A DNA stretch of 64,000 bases, from the NCBI GenBank assembly GCA_000961765.1, contig LADT01000042.1, forward strand, positions 40,907 to 104,906, read 5' to 3'. This DNA comes from Clostridiaceae bacterium BRH_c20a. GTDB lineage: Bacteria; Bacillota; Peptococcia; Peptococcales; BICA1-8. A program made the position numbers and the translations under genes. Below the pieces are notes generated by a model, which was given only the letters and a program-made list of their open reading frames with translations, was not told where the DNA came from and did no database searches. Of this stretch, positions 1 through 10,101 are shown piece by piece (position 1 is the first letter of the stretch; every line of letters starts with the position of its first letter).

Positions 1-890
1 TTACCTTCGGTGGGATATCCCAGGAAATTTGCTCTGCGCTGGGCAACACTTTCCGACTTAATGTGACCTAATAGTAAATCTTCCAGAAAGTCACTTCGAA
101 ACCCTTCGACAATATCTTTTAGCGTTTTACGTTGCAGTAAATCTATATTAAATATCGAAAGAGTACCTTTAACTAATAATAAAATGTTCTCTTCAATTTT
201 TCCAAAAAGTTCACCTAAAACTAAATAGCCTTCTACACAGCCTTCAATTATTAATGGAAATATATGATAAGACATGTCTTCGTAAATTGTACTAGTTTCG
301 GAAATTAAACCTGAATTTTTTATTTTTTCTATAATAGACGTAACCTTAAACCATGGCTTTGGACTTTCCGCAAGGATGTTACCCATTTTATCCAAAATTG
401 CTATAGGATTTTTAATATGCTCTGAAAGAACAGAGAGCCTTTGTTCTATTCCTCCCCCAGCTATTGCAATCTCGGTTAACTGCCGTTGAAAGCTTGCGGT
501 TTCTCTCGTTATTATTTCAGTAATAATAGGTCTGATTATGTCTATATATGAAATATTATGTTCTAATTCTACTAATGGCAGTTCATATTTATTAGCTGCT
601 TCTAGCATTGCTTTGGGTATTAGATCTAGAAAACGCTGTGTTTTAATGACTAATGCTGAGGCACCTTTTTTTGCTAGTTCCCGGATCAATGTGATTTGTT
701 CCCCTTCATCTTTAGAAATGGCAAAACCACTGGTCAAAATAAGTTCGCCACCTTTGAGCCACTGGATGATATCCGGAACTTCCAAAACTGTTACATGCTC
801 AATTTGCCGGTTCATTCCATTTAAACCGGCTATAACTTTTCCGTACCGCAGTCCTCCAATTTTTAATGCCTCATGTACAGTAATACCCAT
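1..890 (-). CDS. PucR-family transcriptional regulator, N-terminal ~296 codons (the 3' end of the gene lies left of the window)
   Basis: Absent from the ORF track because there is no stop in the window. My minus-strand translation from ATG 888-890 (GGGGAGG RBS upstream) reads MGITVHEALKIGGLRYGKVIAGLNGMNRQIEHVTVLEVPDIIQWLKGGELILTSGFA... It is colinear with the N-terminus of the PucR-type protein at 44275-45948, and the frame stays open to position 1 (...DFLEDLLLGHIKSESVAQRRANFLGYPTEG). Confidence 0.75.
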   Translation of the reverse strand, partial: MGITVHEALKIGGLRYGKVIAGLNGMNRQIEHVTVLEVPDIIQWLKGGELILTSGFAISKDEGEQITLIRELAKKGASALVIKTQRFLDLIPKAMLEAANKYELPLVELEHNISYIDIIRPIITEIITRETASFQRQLTEIAIAGGGIEQRLSVLSEHIKNPIAILDKMGNILAESPKPWFKVTSIIEKIKNSGLISETSTIYEDMSYHIFPLIIEGCVEGYLVLGELFGKIEENILLLVKGTLSIFNIDLLQRKTLKDIVEGFRSDFLEDLLLGHIKSESVAQRRANFLGYPTEG

Positions 891-976
891 TACCCAGCCT
901 CCCCATTGACCCTAGTTTATTATAAATATATCACAAATCTAACGTCTGCTGTAGCCAGGTCTTATACTTTAAGAGA

Positions 977-1879
977 TTATTCTTTAGTGGAGTTATTCCT
1001 ACTATTAGTTATCAATACACCATTAACTATAAGTATTCCTCCTATTAAATGAAAAACATATAGCCTTTCGCCAAGAAAAGTCATCCCTAATATTGAAGTG
1101 AACACTATTTGCAAATTCAAATAGATAGAAGCTTTTATAGGGCCTATCTCCAACACAGCTCTATTAAAAAATAAAAAGGAAAGTATAGTGGGAAAAATCC
1201 CAAAATATATAAGACTTAGATAGTGTATCAATTCTAGTTGGGCTATCCAGGATAAGCCATTTGAGTAGCTTTCCACAATAAGCAAAGGCAAACCTACAAC
1301 TAAGCCTCCTAAAATTGAGCCTAAAAACAGAATCTTAGGATGAACTAAATTTCCCCTTAATTTAAGGATTATAAAATATAGTGCGTTAAACCCTACTGCT
1401 AAAAGCATTATCAGATCTCCGGGATTAAAGGACATTTCCACAAGTTTTGCCAGGTTTCCTTTTATTATTATCCAAACAACTCCTGAAAAAGCCAACACAA
1501 TACCTAATCCCTGTTTCATGCTTAACTTTTCCTTTAAATAGAATAAAGCTAAAATTGCAGTAAACATAGGTGTGGAAGCATTGATAATAGTAGCATTAAT
1601 AGCAGTTGTATACTTTACAGCCGAATACACAAAGACATTGAAGCCCATCATCCCTGTAATACCTAACATGAAAAACAGCTGCCAGTTTTCTCTCATTTCT
1701 TTGTGATTTTCCCTTATTTCTTTTAAGCAAAAAGGCAAGAACAACACAAATGCCTGAAACCACCGTAAAAAAGACAGGGTCATGGGAGGAATAACCTGTA
1801 CCGCTATTTTACCGAGAAAGAAATTGCCGCTCCAAAAAAGAACAGCAAGTATAATTAAGAGCTTTGGAGATATCTTCAC
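977..1879 (-). CDS. EamA/DMT-family permease (10-TM drug/metabolite transporter)
   Basis: 300 aa, uniformly hydrophobic with about 10 predicted helices in two similar halves. GTG start preceded by AGGAGG. Confidence 0.75.
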   Translation of the reverse strand: MKISPKLLIILAVLFWSGNFFLGKIAVQVIPPMTLSFLRWFQAFVLFLPFCLKEIRENHKEMRENWQLFFMLGITGMMGFNVFVYSAVKYTTAINATIINASTPMFTAILALFYLKEKLSMKQGLGIVLAFSGVVWIIIKGNLAKLVEMSFNPGDLIMLLAVGFNALYFIILKLRGNLVHPKILFLGSILGGLVVGLPLLIVESYSNGLSWIAQLELIHYLSLIYFGIFPTILSFLFFNRAVLEIGPIKASIYLNLQIVFTSILGMTFLGERLYVFHLIGGILIVNGVLITNSRNNSTKE

Positions 1880-1901
1880 TTTTTGCCTCCTATTTTTAGA
1901 A

Positions 1902-1931
1902 AAGTCTAGTCTTTTAGCAAAGACTAGACTT
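1902..1931 (-). terminator. Hairpin (13-bp stem AAGUCUAGUCUUU/AAAGACUAGACUU) followed by UUUUCU, between the TRAP operon and the EamA gene
   Basis: Inverted repeat read directly from the sequence. The U-tract is short, so it could instead be a processing or attenuation hairpin. Confidence 0.4.
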
Positions 1932-2015
1932 CCTTAAACTAATTTATTAATAATCGCTGGCCTATTCTAATAATCCCACTACCAAATGTAATGGGATTAT
2001 TTTCTCTTAAACTAA

Positions 2016-3293
2016 TTACTTCATAAATAAATTTGGTAGAAATAATGCAACATTTGGAAAATAGGTAACAATTAATGCAACTAAGAACATAGCGGCTAGC
2101 ATTGGTATCATAGGCCTCACTGTTTTAGCAATAGGTACTTTTCCAATGGAGCAAGCTGTAAAAAGCGTTAATCCTAATGGTGGTGTGGCCATACCAATTA
2201 CTAGGTTAGTCGTCATTATTATTCCTAGATGTAGTGGAGATACTCCAATACTGTTAGCTAGTGGTAATAACGCAGGTACTGTCATTACTAAAGCTGACGT
2301 GGTATCAATAAAGCAACCTAATACAAATAACATTACGTTTATCATAAATAAGATAACGTACTTGTTGTCTGAGATTTGCTGAAATGCCATAATCAATTTC
2401 TGGGGCCCTTGTTCTACAGTTAATAACCACGAAAAACTTGCTGCATTAGCAACAATTATCATTACAACCGCAGTAGTAATTGCTGTCTCCTTAAAAATTA
2501 CAGGTAAATCTTTAACCTTAAGTGAACGATAAATAAATAAACAAACAACCATAGCATATACCACACTGATAACAGCAGCCTCAGTAGGTGTAAATACGCC
2601 ACCCATAATACCGCCAATTATTACAACAGGCATTCCCATTGCCCATAAACTATCTTTAAAGGCTCTAGCAAGAGATTTGAAATCTATATGATCGGCTTTT
2701 TCTACTATATTCATCTTTTTTGCTCGTATATGGGCTAAAATCATTAAAGTTGCTCCCACCATTATCCCAGGTACAATACCTGCAAGAAACAATGCACCAA
2801 TGGATGCTCCTGCCATGCCTCCGTAAATAACCATAGTGATACTAGGAGGTATGATTGGGCCAATTGTTCCGGCGGTAGCAATTAATGCAACCGACCATTC
2901 TTTACCGTAACCCTTTTCTTCTAAGGCTGGTAAAGTTGCGCCTCCAATTGCCGCTGTTGTTGCTGGACCTGAACCAGAAATAGATGCAAAAATCATCGAA
3001 GCTAAAGATACTGCCATAGCTAAACCACCGGTTAATCGGCAAAGCAGTAATGAAGATAAATCGATCAGCCGTTGAGAAATACCTCCCCGTGTCATCAATA
3101 CTCCCGACAAAATAAAAAATGGCACTGCTAAGTAAACGAAAGAATCCAATCCGGTGAACATCTGTTGAGGTAATACATCTAAAGAAAATTTACCGGTTAG
3201 TAACAAATATGCTGTGGGTGCAGTAGCTAATGCAAAAGCTACGGGCATATTAAACAATAATAAGACTAATAACAATATTATTAATATCGACAA
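2016..3293 (-). CDS. TRAP transporter large permease subunit (DctM family), system 1
   Basis: 425 aa polytopic membrane protein. It abuts a 4-TM DctQ-like ORF (3294) and lies downstream of a DctP-like lipoprotein. It is a paralog of 22971-24269. Confidence 0.9.
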   Translation of the reverse strand: MSILIILLLVLLLFNMPVAFALATAPTAYLLLTGKFSLDVLPQQMFTGLDSFVYLAVPFFILSGVLMTRGGISQRLIDLSSLLLCRLTGGLAMAVSLASMIFASISGSGPATTAAIGGATLPALEEKGYGKEWSVALIATAGTIGPIIPPSITMVIYGGMAGASIGALFLAGIVPGIMVGATLMILAHIRAKKMNIVEKADHIDFKSLARAFKDSLWAMGMPVVIIGGIMGGVFTPTEAAVISVVYAMVVCLFIYRSLKVKDLPVIFKETAITTAVVMIIVANAASFSWLLTVEQGPQKLIMAFQQISDNKYVILFMINVMLFVLGCFIDTTSALVMTVPALLPLANSIGVSPLHLGIIMTTNLVIGMATPPLGLTLFTACSIGKVPIAKTVRPMIPMLAAMFLVALIVTYFPNVALFLPNLFMK

Positions 3294-3767
3294 CTAGACT
3301 TCCTCCCTTCTTAAAAGGGTTCGATAAAGATTGTTAATCACCTCAAAAAGCATTAAGGCACTACCAACCGGTATGGCAGCATAAGGTATTTTCATGGAAA
3401 TCCTCATTGCCGGCGATAACTGGCGGGATACAAAATCCGCCATATTGTACCCTTTCCAAACAAATATCGCCAAAATGCTGCAGAGCAATAAGCTTATTAC
3501 AATACTAACTACCTTCTGTAAACCTTTAGGCATCATACTTGTAAAAAAGTCAATTCCTAGATGATTTCCTGAACGAAATGCCATTGCAGCTCCCAAAAAA
3601 GTCAGCCATACTGCTAAATACCGTGCCAGTTCTTCTGTCCATGCCGGAGGGTTTTGAAATATATAACGACCTATTACTTGTAGGAAAGTTACGCAAACCA
3701 GTACTATTAATATTAGTATAGTAGTAAAGTCTACACTTTTATCCAATATACGTTTTACTTTACCCAT
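3294..3767 (-). CDS. TRAP transporter small permease subunit (DctQ family), system 1
   Basis: About 157 aa with 4 TM. Start trimmed to the internal ATG (MGKVKRILDK) because it has an AAAGGGGGG RBS. Contiguous with DctM. Confidence 0.8.
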   Translation of the reverse strand: MGKVKRILDKSVDFTTILILIVLVCVTFLQVIGRYIFQNPPAWTEELARYLAVWLTFLGAAMAFRSGNHLGIDFFTSMMPKGLQKVVSIVISLLLCSILAIFVWKGYNMADFVSRQLSPAMRISMKIPYAAIPVGSALMLFEVINNLYRTLLRREEV

Positions 3768-3844
3768 TGAGTTCCCCCCTTTAATAATCAAAAATTTAAA
3801 GAGGAGGACAAGAAAAGTTTATTCTTGTCCCCTTAAATAAAATA

Positions 3845-4912
3845 TTACTTACTGCGACCTTCAGCTTCTAGAATCTTTTTCAGGTTCTCACCGCCGTCAG
3901 GAATATTTTTTATAACTTCATCCCAGCTTAATTGTGCTGCTTCATGAAAAGGAGTCATATCATCAATTTCATAAACTTGTACCCCAGCGTTCTTCATTTC
4001 CTCAAGGGCTTTAGCAATATCCTGCTCGATAAGGGTATCTTCATATTCCCTAGCTTCTTTTGCTGCTTGTACAACCATTTCCTGTAATTCAGCAGGCAGG
4101 CTTTGGTAGAATTTTTCACTAACCATATACATTACGTTGTTAAATACATGATTTGTTAGAGAATAATGCTTGGCAACCTCATACTGCTTAGATGCAGCTA
4201 ATACATCTGGCGAGTTTTCGGCTGCGTGTACTGTTCCCTGTTGTAAACCGGTATATAGCTCAGGCCATGCCATTGGTGTTGGGCTAGCACCTAAAGCTTT
4301 AAAAAGCGCTTGGTGTGCAGGGTTTTCCATGGTTCTAATTTTAATTCCAGCCAAGTCTGCAGGTGTTTTAATAGGTTTGTTGCCATACACACTACGAAAT
4401 TCATATTTAATAAAGCCTAAATTCCGGATACCAATATCCAGCATTTTTTTGGATAAATCTTCTCCAACAGGGCCGTTTAAAATCTTCATAGCTTCTGCAC
4501 TATCTCTAAACAGGTAACCTAGATCTAGAATACCAAATTCAGGTACAAAGCCACTTAAAGGGCCGGAGGTAATAATACCCATCTCAATTGTGCCCATCTG
4601 AAGTCCTTCAAGAATAGCACGTTCTCCACCTAACTGAGCATTTGGGAATATTTCTACTTTAATTTTGCCACCAGATCTTTCTTCAATAAGTTCTTTAAAC
4701 TTTGCAGCACCTTTAGTATAGTGATGGTTCTCTGCTAATACGTGTGTAATCTTAATTGAATATTGTTTATCTGTGTTCTTATCTCCGCCATCAGCAGCCT
4801 TCTTATCCTCTCCACCTGTTGCACCTTTGTCCGAGCCACCACATCCAAGTGTCAGAACACTTATTAGAACCAATACTAATAATAATATTATACTTTTTCT
4901 TACTTTCTTCAT
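3845..4912 (-). CDS. TRAP transporter substrate-binding protein (DctP family), lipoprotein, system 1
   Basis: Signal peptide plus lipobox (LTLGCGG), then a low-complexity linker and a DctP-like body (ITHVLAENHHYTKGAAKFKELIEERSGGKIKVEIFPNAQLGGE). Confidence 0.85.
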   Translation of the reverse strand: MKKVRKSIILLLVLVLISVLTLGCGGSDKGATGGEDKKAADGGDKNTDKQYSIKITHVLAENHHYTKGAAKFKELIEERSGGKIKVEIFPNAQLGGERAILEGLQMGTIEMGIITSGPLSGFVPEFGILDLGYLFRDSAEAMKILNGPVGEDLSKKMLDIGIRNLGFIKYEFRSVYGNKPIKTPADLAGIKIRTMENPAHQALFKALGASPTPMAWPELYTGLQQGTVHAAENSPDVLAASKQYEVAKHYSLTNHVFNNVMYMVSEKFYQSLPAELQEMVVQAAKEAREYEDTLIEQDIAKALEEMKNAGVQVYEIDDMTPFHEAAQLSWDEVIKNIPDGGENLKKILEAEGRSK

Positions 4913-5014
4913 GAATTCTCCTCCTTTTTTACATGCCTAAATTTATTAATCGATGATAACACTAAAGAACCTATATTCCACCTCCTCAACAATAATCCAC
5001 TAATAATTAGCTTA

Positions 5015-6229
5015 TTAAACTAAATGTATCTTTGATGGATATAACAATTTTTTAACATCTACTACTTTTTTCTTTTGGGTAATATATGAGGCAATCACAC
5101 CAATATCTCTAATGTCACCAACCATAATTGCTCCCACTAATTGGCCTTGTTTAACAATAAGTTGTCTTATCACTCGCTTGTCCCTTTTTTCGATAGCATA
5201 TACTTGGTAGGCATCAATAATAGGACCCGTATACCCTACGGAAGCGACCTTGAGACCGAAGATATTTAAAGTATTTCTTTTTAAACCTCCGGCATATACA
5301 GCTGCTCGACCGGCCATATTTATACCTGCCAGATAGCCTTGCTCCAAAGCAATAGGCCAAATGGCATTTACTTCCTGACCACCACTTAAAAAATCGGGAG
5401 CCTGTGCAACATCACCCGCAGCATAAATATCAGGTACATTAGTTTCTAAGTTACAACCCACCTTAATTCCGTACCCAATTTCAACAGTAGTGTGGGCCAA
5501 CATTCTCACATTAGGCTGTACACCTTTACCAACAATCACCAACTGACAGTCAAGTATCTCTCCGTTTTCCAAGTGTACTCCCTCTACGTGTTCTTTACCT
5601 ACAATAGCTATAACATTGGTACCCATCCTGAAAGTGATTCCCTGTTCTTCTGCCTGTTGTTGAACAAAAGATGCCGGCTCCTTACTAAGCATTTGTGATA
5701 ACAACCGCTGTGAACTAATAAGAATTTCTACTTGTATACCTGCCTTTTGTAGTGCTTCCGCTGCTTTACAACTCACCAAGCCTCCACCAATAACTACAGC
5801 TTTCTCTACTTTCGGGAGTAAGCATTTAATCGCCATTGCATCCTGCAAAGTGCGGATACCAAATACTCCTTGAAGATCAATACCCGGAATATCAGGAAAA
5901 GATGGTGATGCACCAGTAGCTACTAGTAATTTATTATATTTCCAACTGCGCCCATCAACAGCAAAAATTTCTTTTGCTTCCACATCAACTTTTGTCACCA
6001 AGGTATTTAATACCAAATCCACATTTTGTTGCTGATACCAGTGGAAATCTCGATATATAGTTTCCGCAACTGATAGCTGCCCGGCAATTAAATATGTGGT
6101 TAAAATAGGTGAATACGCCTCACAGTCCTCACTCCCAATAACCGTAATAGAAGCCTCCTTATCTACACTTCTAATACCTTCTACTGCCTTAACCGCTGCA
6201 GCACTATTCCCGATTATTACATGTTTCAT
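5015..6229 (-). CDS. FAD/NAD(P)-dependent pyridine-nucleotide-disulfide-type oxidoreductase (AorC-like electron-transfer subunit)
   Basis: Two dinucleotide folds (VIIGNSAAAVKA; VVIGGGLVSCKAAEAL) and the AAGDVA motif. Last gene of the ferredoxin-AOR-MoaD-like operon. Confidence 0.75.
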   Translation of the reverse strand: MKHVIIGNSAAAVKAVEGIRSVDKEASITVIGSEDCEAYSPILTTYLIAGQLSVAETIYRDFHWYQQQNVDLVLNTLVTKVDVEAKEIFAVDGRSWKYNKLLVATGASPSFPDIPGIDLQGVFGIRTLQDAMAIKCLLPKVEKAVVIGGGLVSCKAAEALQKAGIQVEILISSQRLLSQMLSKEPASFVQQQAEEQGITFRMGTNVIAIVGKEHVEGVHLENGEILDCQLVIVGKGVQPNVRMLAHTTVEIGYGIKVGCNLETNVPDIYAAGDVAQAPDFLSGGQEVNAIWPIALEQGYLAGINMAGRAAVYAGGLKRNTLNIFGLKVASVGYTGPIIDAYQVYAIEKRDKRVIRQLIVKQGQLVGAIMVGDIRDIGVIASYITQKKKVVDVKKLLYPSKIHLV

Positions 6230-6260
6230 GCTATCACCGCCTAGTTAAATAAAGCTCACC

Positions 6261-6548
6261 CTAACCACCGGCTAGAGGGATTGAAATTAAAACTTTATCA
6301 CCAGTATTAATTTCAGTTTGCAGACCCTTAAAACGATAAATATTACTCCCATTTATTAAAATCTGATAAAAAAATACGTTGTCTGGCGGAACTTTGGTGT
6401 AAATTTCTTGTTCAAACTTTGTCCCATAACGGGATATTAAAAAATCTATTAATTCCTGTACCGTTATTGGAGTGGGTAGATAATATTCTACAACCACCTT
6501 TTCCACCAAATCTTTAACAGGACCAACAAATTGCACATTAAAGCTCAT
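6261..6548 (-). CDS. MoaD/ThiS-like beta-grasp protein with C-terminal Gly-Gly
   Basis: 95 aa ending ...ISIPLAGG. Overlaps the upstream AOR gene by 11 nt, which suggests translational coupling. Confidence 0.7.
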   Translation of the reverse strand: MSFNVQFVGPVKDLVEKVVVEYYLPTPITVQELIDFLISRYGTKFEQEIYTKVPPDNVFFYQILINGSNIYRFKGLQTEINTGDKVLISIPLAGG

Positions 6549-8391
6549 CTAATCCCAGTTCCTTAAGCTTATCTTGTGTTGGTTTACCCGTAGCAATATC
6601 CCAACCACGAGCTTCATAGTAGTCATCAAGCATATTTGAGACATCTATGGTCATTCCTTTAGAAGGACCTTCTGGGATTGCTTCTTTGGCAAACCGCTCT
6701 GGAAGCACGTCATCTTTCCGGTCAAATTTCCTTCTCACATTAAACATTCTTTCCAAATTATTAATTCGCTCTCCCACATGCAATAAATTAGAAGCTTCCA
6801 GAGAAATTCCGGTAATTGGTGTTATTAACTTAGCAAGCTGTTCGGGCAGTAGATAGGCAGTGCGGGTGAAAAACTTACAAACCCCTAAACAGTCCGCTAG
6901 AGCTCTCACATCTTCACACCACTTGATAAGCTTACCTTTCCCTTCTTCAGCAGTACGATCTACTGCTTTCTCGGTCCCCCAGATTTCCTTGGCCCTTTCT
7001 GGTGTGAAAATATATTCTACAACTGGGTGAGCACGTAAATGATCGGCACCGCGGCTTGCAACAGCAAAAGCTAAGCCCCAACCCAGTAACCCTCTGGGAT
7101 CACATGAGATAATTGCCTGACCTTTTACATGAGCGGAAAAATATTCGGAACCCTTACCAATTCGTTTAGCAGCTCCATACGAACCCTCAGCTAATAGGTC
7201 ACCCAATCCTTCACGATAGGACATTTTCTTTAACAATACTTCTGCTAATTGGTTGTCTCCCCAATTAAGAGTTAACCCATCAATTTCTTCATTGCTAATT
7301 AGTCCCTTTTCGTAGACTTCCAAAATAAATCCTATAACATCACCAGCACCGATGGTATCTAAACCATAACGGTTACACAAGTGATTGGCTTTCAAAATGG
7401 ACGGGTAGTCTATCACCCCAATACGTGGTCCTAATGCACCAATAGACTCAAACTCTAATCCTTCCTCTTTATGACTGCCTTCAACTTCGTAAAAGTGGCT
7501 GCAATGAATTACACAATTGTAACATGCCTTATGTTTCTTGGAGTATTTTTTAAGAAATGTATCTCCACTAATTTTCTCAGCTTCTCCATCCGGTACCCAA
7601 GATTTTTGGAAGTTTTTCACAGGAACTACTCCACGGGAATTATAAACATCAACCAAGCCTGGAGTCCCATGTGTTCCGAATAGTTTAAAGGACCAATCTG
7701 TTTCAGCTAATTTACGGGTCTCGCTCAATATTTCGAAAGTCTTTTCTAAGTCAACGTTATCAACACCACCGTGACCTCTAACAGCAACTGCTTTTAAGTT
7801 TTTTGAACCCATTACTGCACCCATACCACATCTACCAATAGCCCGTGTCAAGTTATTAATAATACAGGCTATTTTTGCTAGGTTCTCACCAGCCTGTCCA
7901 ATACAAGCTACCTGTACTTCCAGATCACCTAATTCTTCTTTTATAAATGTATCAGTTTCCCAAGTATCTTTACCCCATAAATGAGAGGCATCTCTAATTT
8001 CCACTTTGTCATTTTCTATATAAACATAAACAGGTTTTTCAGCTTTTCCTAAAAAAATAATATGACTATATCCAGCATAACGCATTTCAGGACCAAAAAA
8101 CCCCCCCGAGTTACCATCGCCAAAACCACCTGTTAGAGGAGATATGGCTGTTACAGTATATCTCCCTGAACATGGAGCAGCAGAACCAGTTAATAAACCA
8201 TTACCAAAGATTAAAGGATTTTGCGGAGAAAGGGGTTCTTCCTCACCACTTGTTAAGTCGTATAAAAATTTAGCACTTAACCCCCGACCACCCATATAGT
8301 TGTATATTTCTTCCTCTGTAACAGGACGAGAGGAATATTGTCCTGTAGTCAAATCTATTTGAAGAACTTTGCCAAAATCAAATTTGCTCAT
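6538..8391 (-). CDS. Aldehyde:ferredoxin oxidoreductase family tungsten-pterin enzyme (AOR-1, AorB-like)
   Basis: 617 aa. N-terminal GGRGLSAKFLYD, the CxxCxxxC cluster motif (CYNCVIHC) plus a distal Cys (DCLGVCKF), and typical AOR length. Confidence 0.9.
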   Translation of the reverse strand: MSKFDFGKVLQIDLTTGQYSSRPVTEEEIYNYMGGRGLSAKFLYDLTSGEEEPLSPQNPLIFGNGLLTGSAAPCSGRYTVTAISPLTGGFGDGNSGGFFGPEMRYAGYSHIIFLGKAEKPVYVYIENDKVEIRDASHLWGKDTWETDTFIKEELGDLEVQVACIGQAGENLAKIACIINNLTRAIGRCGMGAVMGSKNLKAVAVRGHGGVDNVDLEKTFEILSETRKLAETDWSFKLFGTHGTPGLVDVYNSRGVVPVKNFQKSWVPDGEAEKISGDTFLKKYSKKHKACYNCVIHCSHFYEVEGSHKEEGLEFESIGALGPRIGVIDYPSILKANHLCNRYGLDTIGAGDVIGFILEVYEKGLISNEEIDGLTLNWGDNQLAEVLLKKMSYREGLGDLLAEGSYGAAKRIGKGSEYFSAHVKGQAIISCDPRGLLGWGLAFAVASRGADHLRAHPVVEYIFTPERAKEIWGTEKAVDRTAEEGKGKLIKWCEDVRALADCLGVCKFFTRTAYLLPEQLAKLITPITGISLEASNLLHVGERINNLERMFNVRRKFDRKDDVLPERFAKEAIPEGPSKGMTIDVSNMLDDYYEARGWDIATGKPTQDKLKELGLDEL

Positions 8392-8407
8392 TTTTTATCC
8401 CTCCAAT

Positions 8408-8884
8408 CTAATTACCTATTAAACGTATCATTCGTCCAAGACCTTTACGCTGTTTTTGCTTAGTTATTTTAGTAAGCTGCAGATATTCAAGGGCTTTTGT
8501 TGGACAATTAGCTGCACAACGAGGTTTCCCTTCGCACAAATTGCATTTTTTCATTTTCTTTTCATCTGTAACAACTATACCGCCAATTGGACAGGCCATA
8601 ACACACATGGCACATCCTATACATTTATTTTCATTAATTGAAACTATTCCAGTCTCAGTATCTTTTGTTAAAGCTAAAGTAGGGCAAACTTCTATACATA
8701 AAGGTTGTTCACATTGCTGACAAAAAACAGGAAAGTCAATACCGTTTTGCTCATCCTTGATTACAGATATTCGAGCTTTACTTGGAATTACCTTACCTTC
8801 ATGACCTAAAGAGCAGACTGTTTCACACATCCGGCAACCTGCACATTTATCAACATCTACAATTAAAGCATATTTTTCTGACAT
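8408..8884 (-). CDS. 4Fe-4S multi-cluster ferredoxin-like subunit (AorA-like)
   Basis: 158 aa with repeated CxxCxxCxxxC(P) motifs (CAGCRMCETVC, CQQCEQPLC..CP, CIGCAMCVMACP, CNLCEG..C..CP). Lies directly upstream of AOR-1. Confidence 0.85.
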   Translation of the reverse strand: MSEKYALIVDVDKCAGCRMCETVCSLGHEGKVIPSKARISVIKDEQNGIDFPVFCQQCEQPLCIEVCPTLALTKDTETGIVSINENKCIGCAMCVMACPIGGIVVTDEKKMKKCNLCEGKPRCAANCPTKALEYLQLTKITKQKQRKGLGRMIRLIGN

Positions 8885-8919
8885 ATCCTACCCTCCCTAA
8901 TCATTATTATAATGAACCC

Positions 8920-10101
8920 CTACTTAGCCAGATGTTTCAAGGCCAAATAGCTGTAAATATAAGTTCCTTTGAGTAAATCTTCCACAAAAAGCACTTCATT
9001 ATCTGTATGCCAATAATCCATACTGCCAGGCCCAAACATAACAGCAGGGATATTTTGCTTATTTAAATAACCAGCGTCTATGGCGCTATTTGAATAAAAC
9101 TTTTCAGCCTCTTTGCCAGTGACTGTTTTAATCGCATCACTAAGCCTAGTAATAATAATGGAGTTGTCTTTAACTTCAGAGGGCAGTGTAACTGGTCCCA
9201 GTTTTACTTCTACTTTATACGGTGGAATCTCACCGATAGCCTCGCGTATTTCTTTCACAGCATCTGCTGCTTGGTCTCCCGGGAGTAAACGTCTATCAAA
9301 AATTATGTGACATTCATTTTGGATAGTATGCGTTGCATTAGGATAGCTTTTTATGGCTGTAGAAGCCAAGGTTGGCTTACCTAAGTGGGCATGTTTACTT
9401 GTAAATTTCATTTCTTTTAGTTTTTCTATAACGGCGCAAGCACCTTCAATAGCATTGATACCCTCTATAGGAGAGCTACTGTGACATGATTTCCCGTATA
9501 CTATTACTTCAACATCTGCTCTCCCTTTATTTCCTTGTGAGATTTTATTGTTTGTACCAATACCGACAACACCAAGGTCCGCTTTTATATCGGCAAACTT
9601 GCACATATTATCCACAGCTAAGTGTCGTCCTGTTTCACCAGCTAAACTGACACCAAATATTAATTCTCCATTCAAAAGATGATCGTTTTTATTAATTAAT
9701 TCTACTGCAGCAATCATTGCAGCCAAGGACCCTTTTTGTTCAGATACACCTCGCCCCCGAAGGGCTTCCTTACCAGCCTCTTCCACTATTTCGCCAGTAA
9801 AAGGATCTTTCATGGACGATGCTGGATGAGTCATGGCATAACCAAGAAAAAAAACTTTTTTCTTACCATCTGTGTTCCCTACACGGCAGATTAGGTTTCC
9901 CATATCATCCAGTTCCACGCTGTTTAACCCGCGTTTTTTTAGTTCAGGCATTAATGTGTCGCTAATGAAGCTTTTAATTTCTGGGTCGTATTCCATTTTG
10001 TCTGTCTGAGTACTTGGCCTGCTTACTAAATCCAGTGTTAGCCTTTTGAGATCTTCAATGTTCACACTGGATTTAACTATTTCATATAACTGATCACTCA
10101 T
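8920..10101 (-). CDS. M20-family metallopeptidase/deacylase (ArgE/DapE/YgeY-like)
   Basis: About 393 aa. Motifs read GYAMTHPASS, GRGVSEQKGSLAAM and SLAGETG. Start trimmed to MSDQLYEIV. Confidence 0.8.
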   Translation of the reverse strand: MSDQLYEIVKSSVNIEDLKRLTLDLVSRPSTQTDKMEYDPEIKSFISDTLMPELKKRGLNSVELDDMGNLICRVGNTDGKKKVFFLGYAMTHPASSMKDPFTGEIVEEAGKEALRGRGVSEQKGSLAAMIAAVELINKNDHLLNGELIFGVSLAGETGRHLAVDNMCKFADIKADLGVVGIGTNNKISQGNKGRADVEVIVYGKSCHSSSPIEGINAIEGACAVIEKLKEMKFTSKHAHLGKPTLASTAIKSYPNATHTIQNECHIIFDRRLLPGDQAADAVKEIREAIGEIPPYKVEVKLGPVTLPSEVKDNSIIITRLSDAIKTVTGKEAEKFYSNSAIDAGYLNKQNIPAVMFGPGSMDYWHTDNEVLFVEDLLKGTYIYSYLALKHLAK

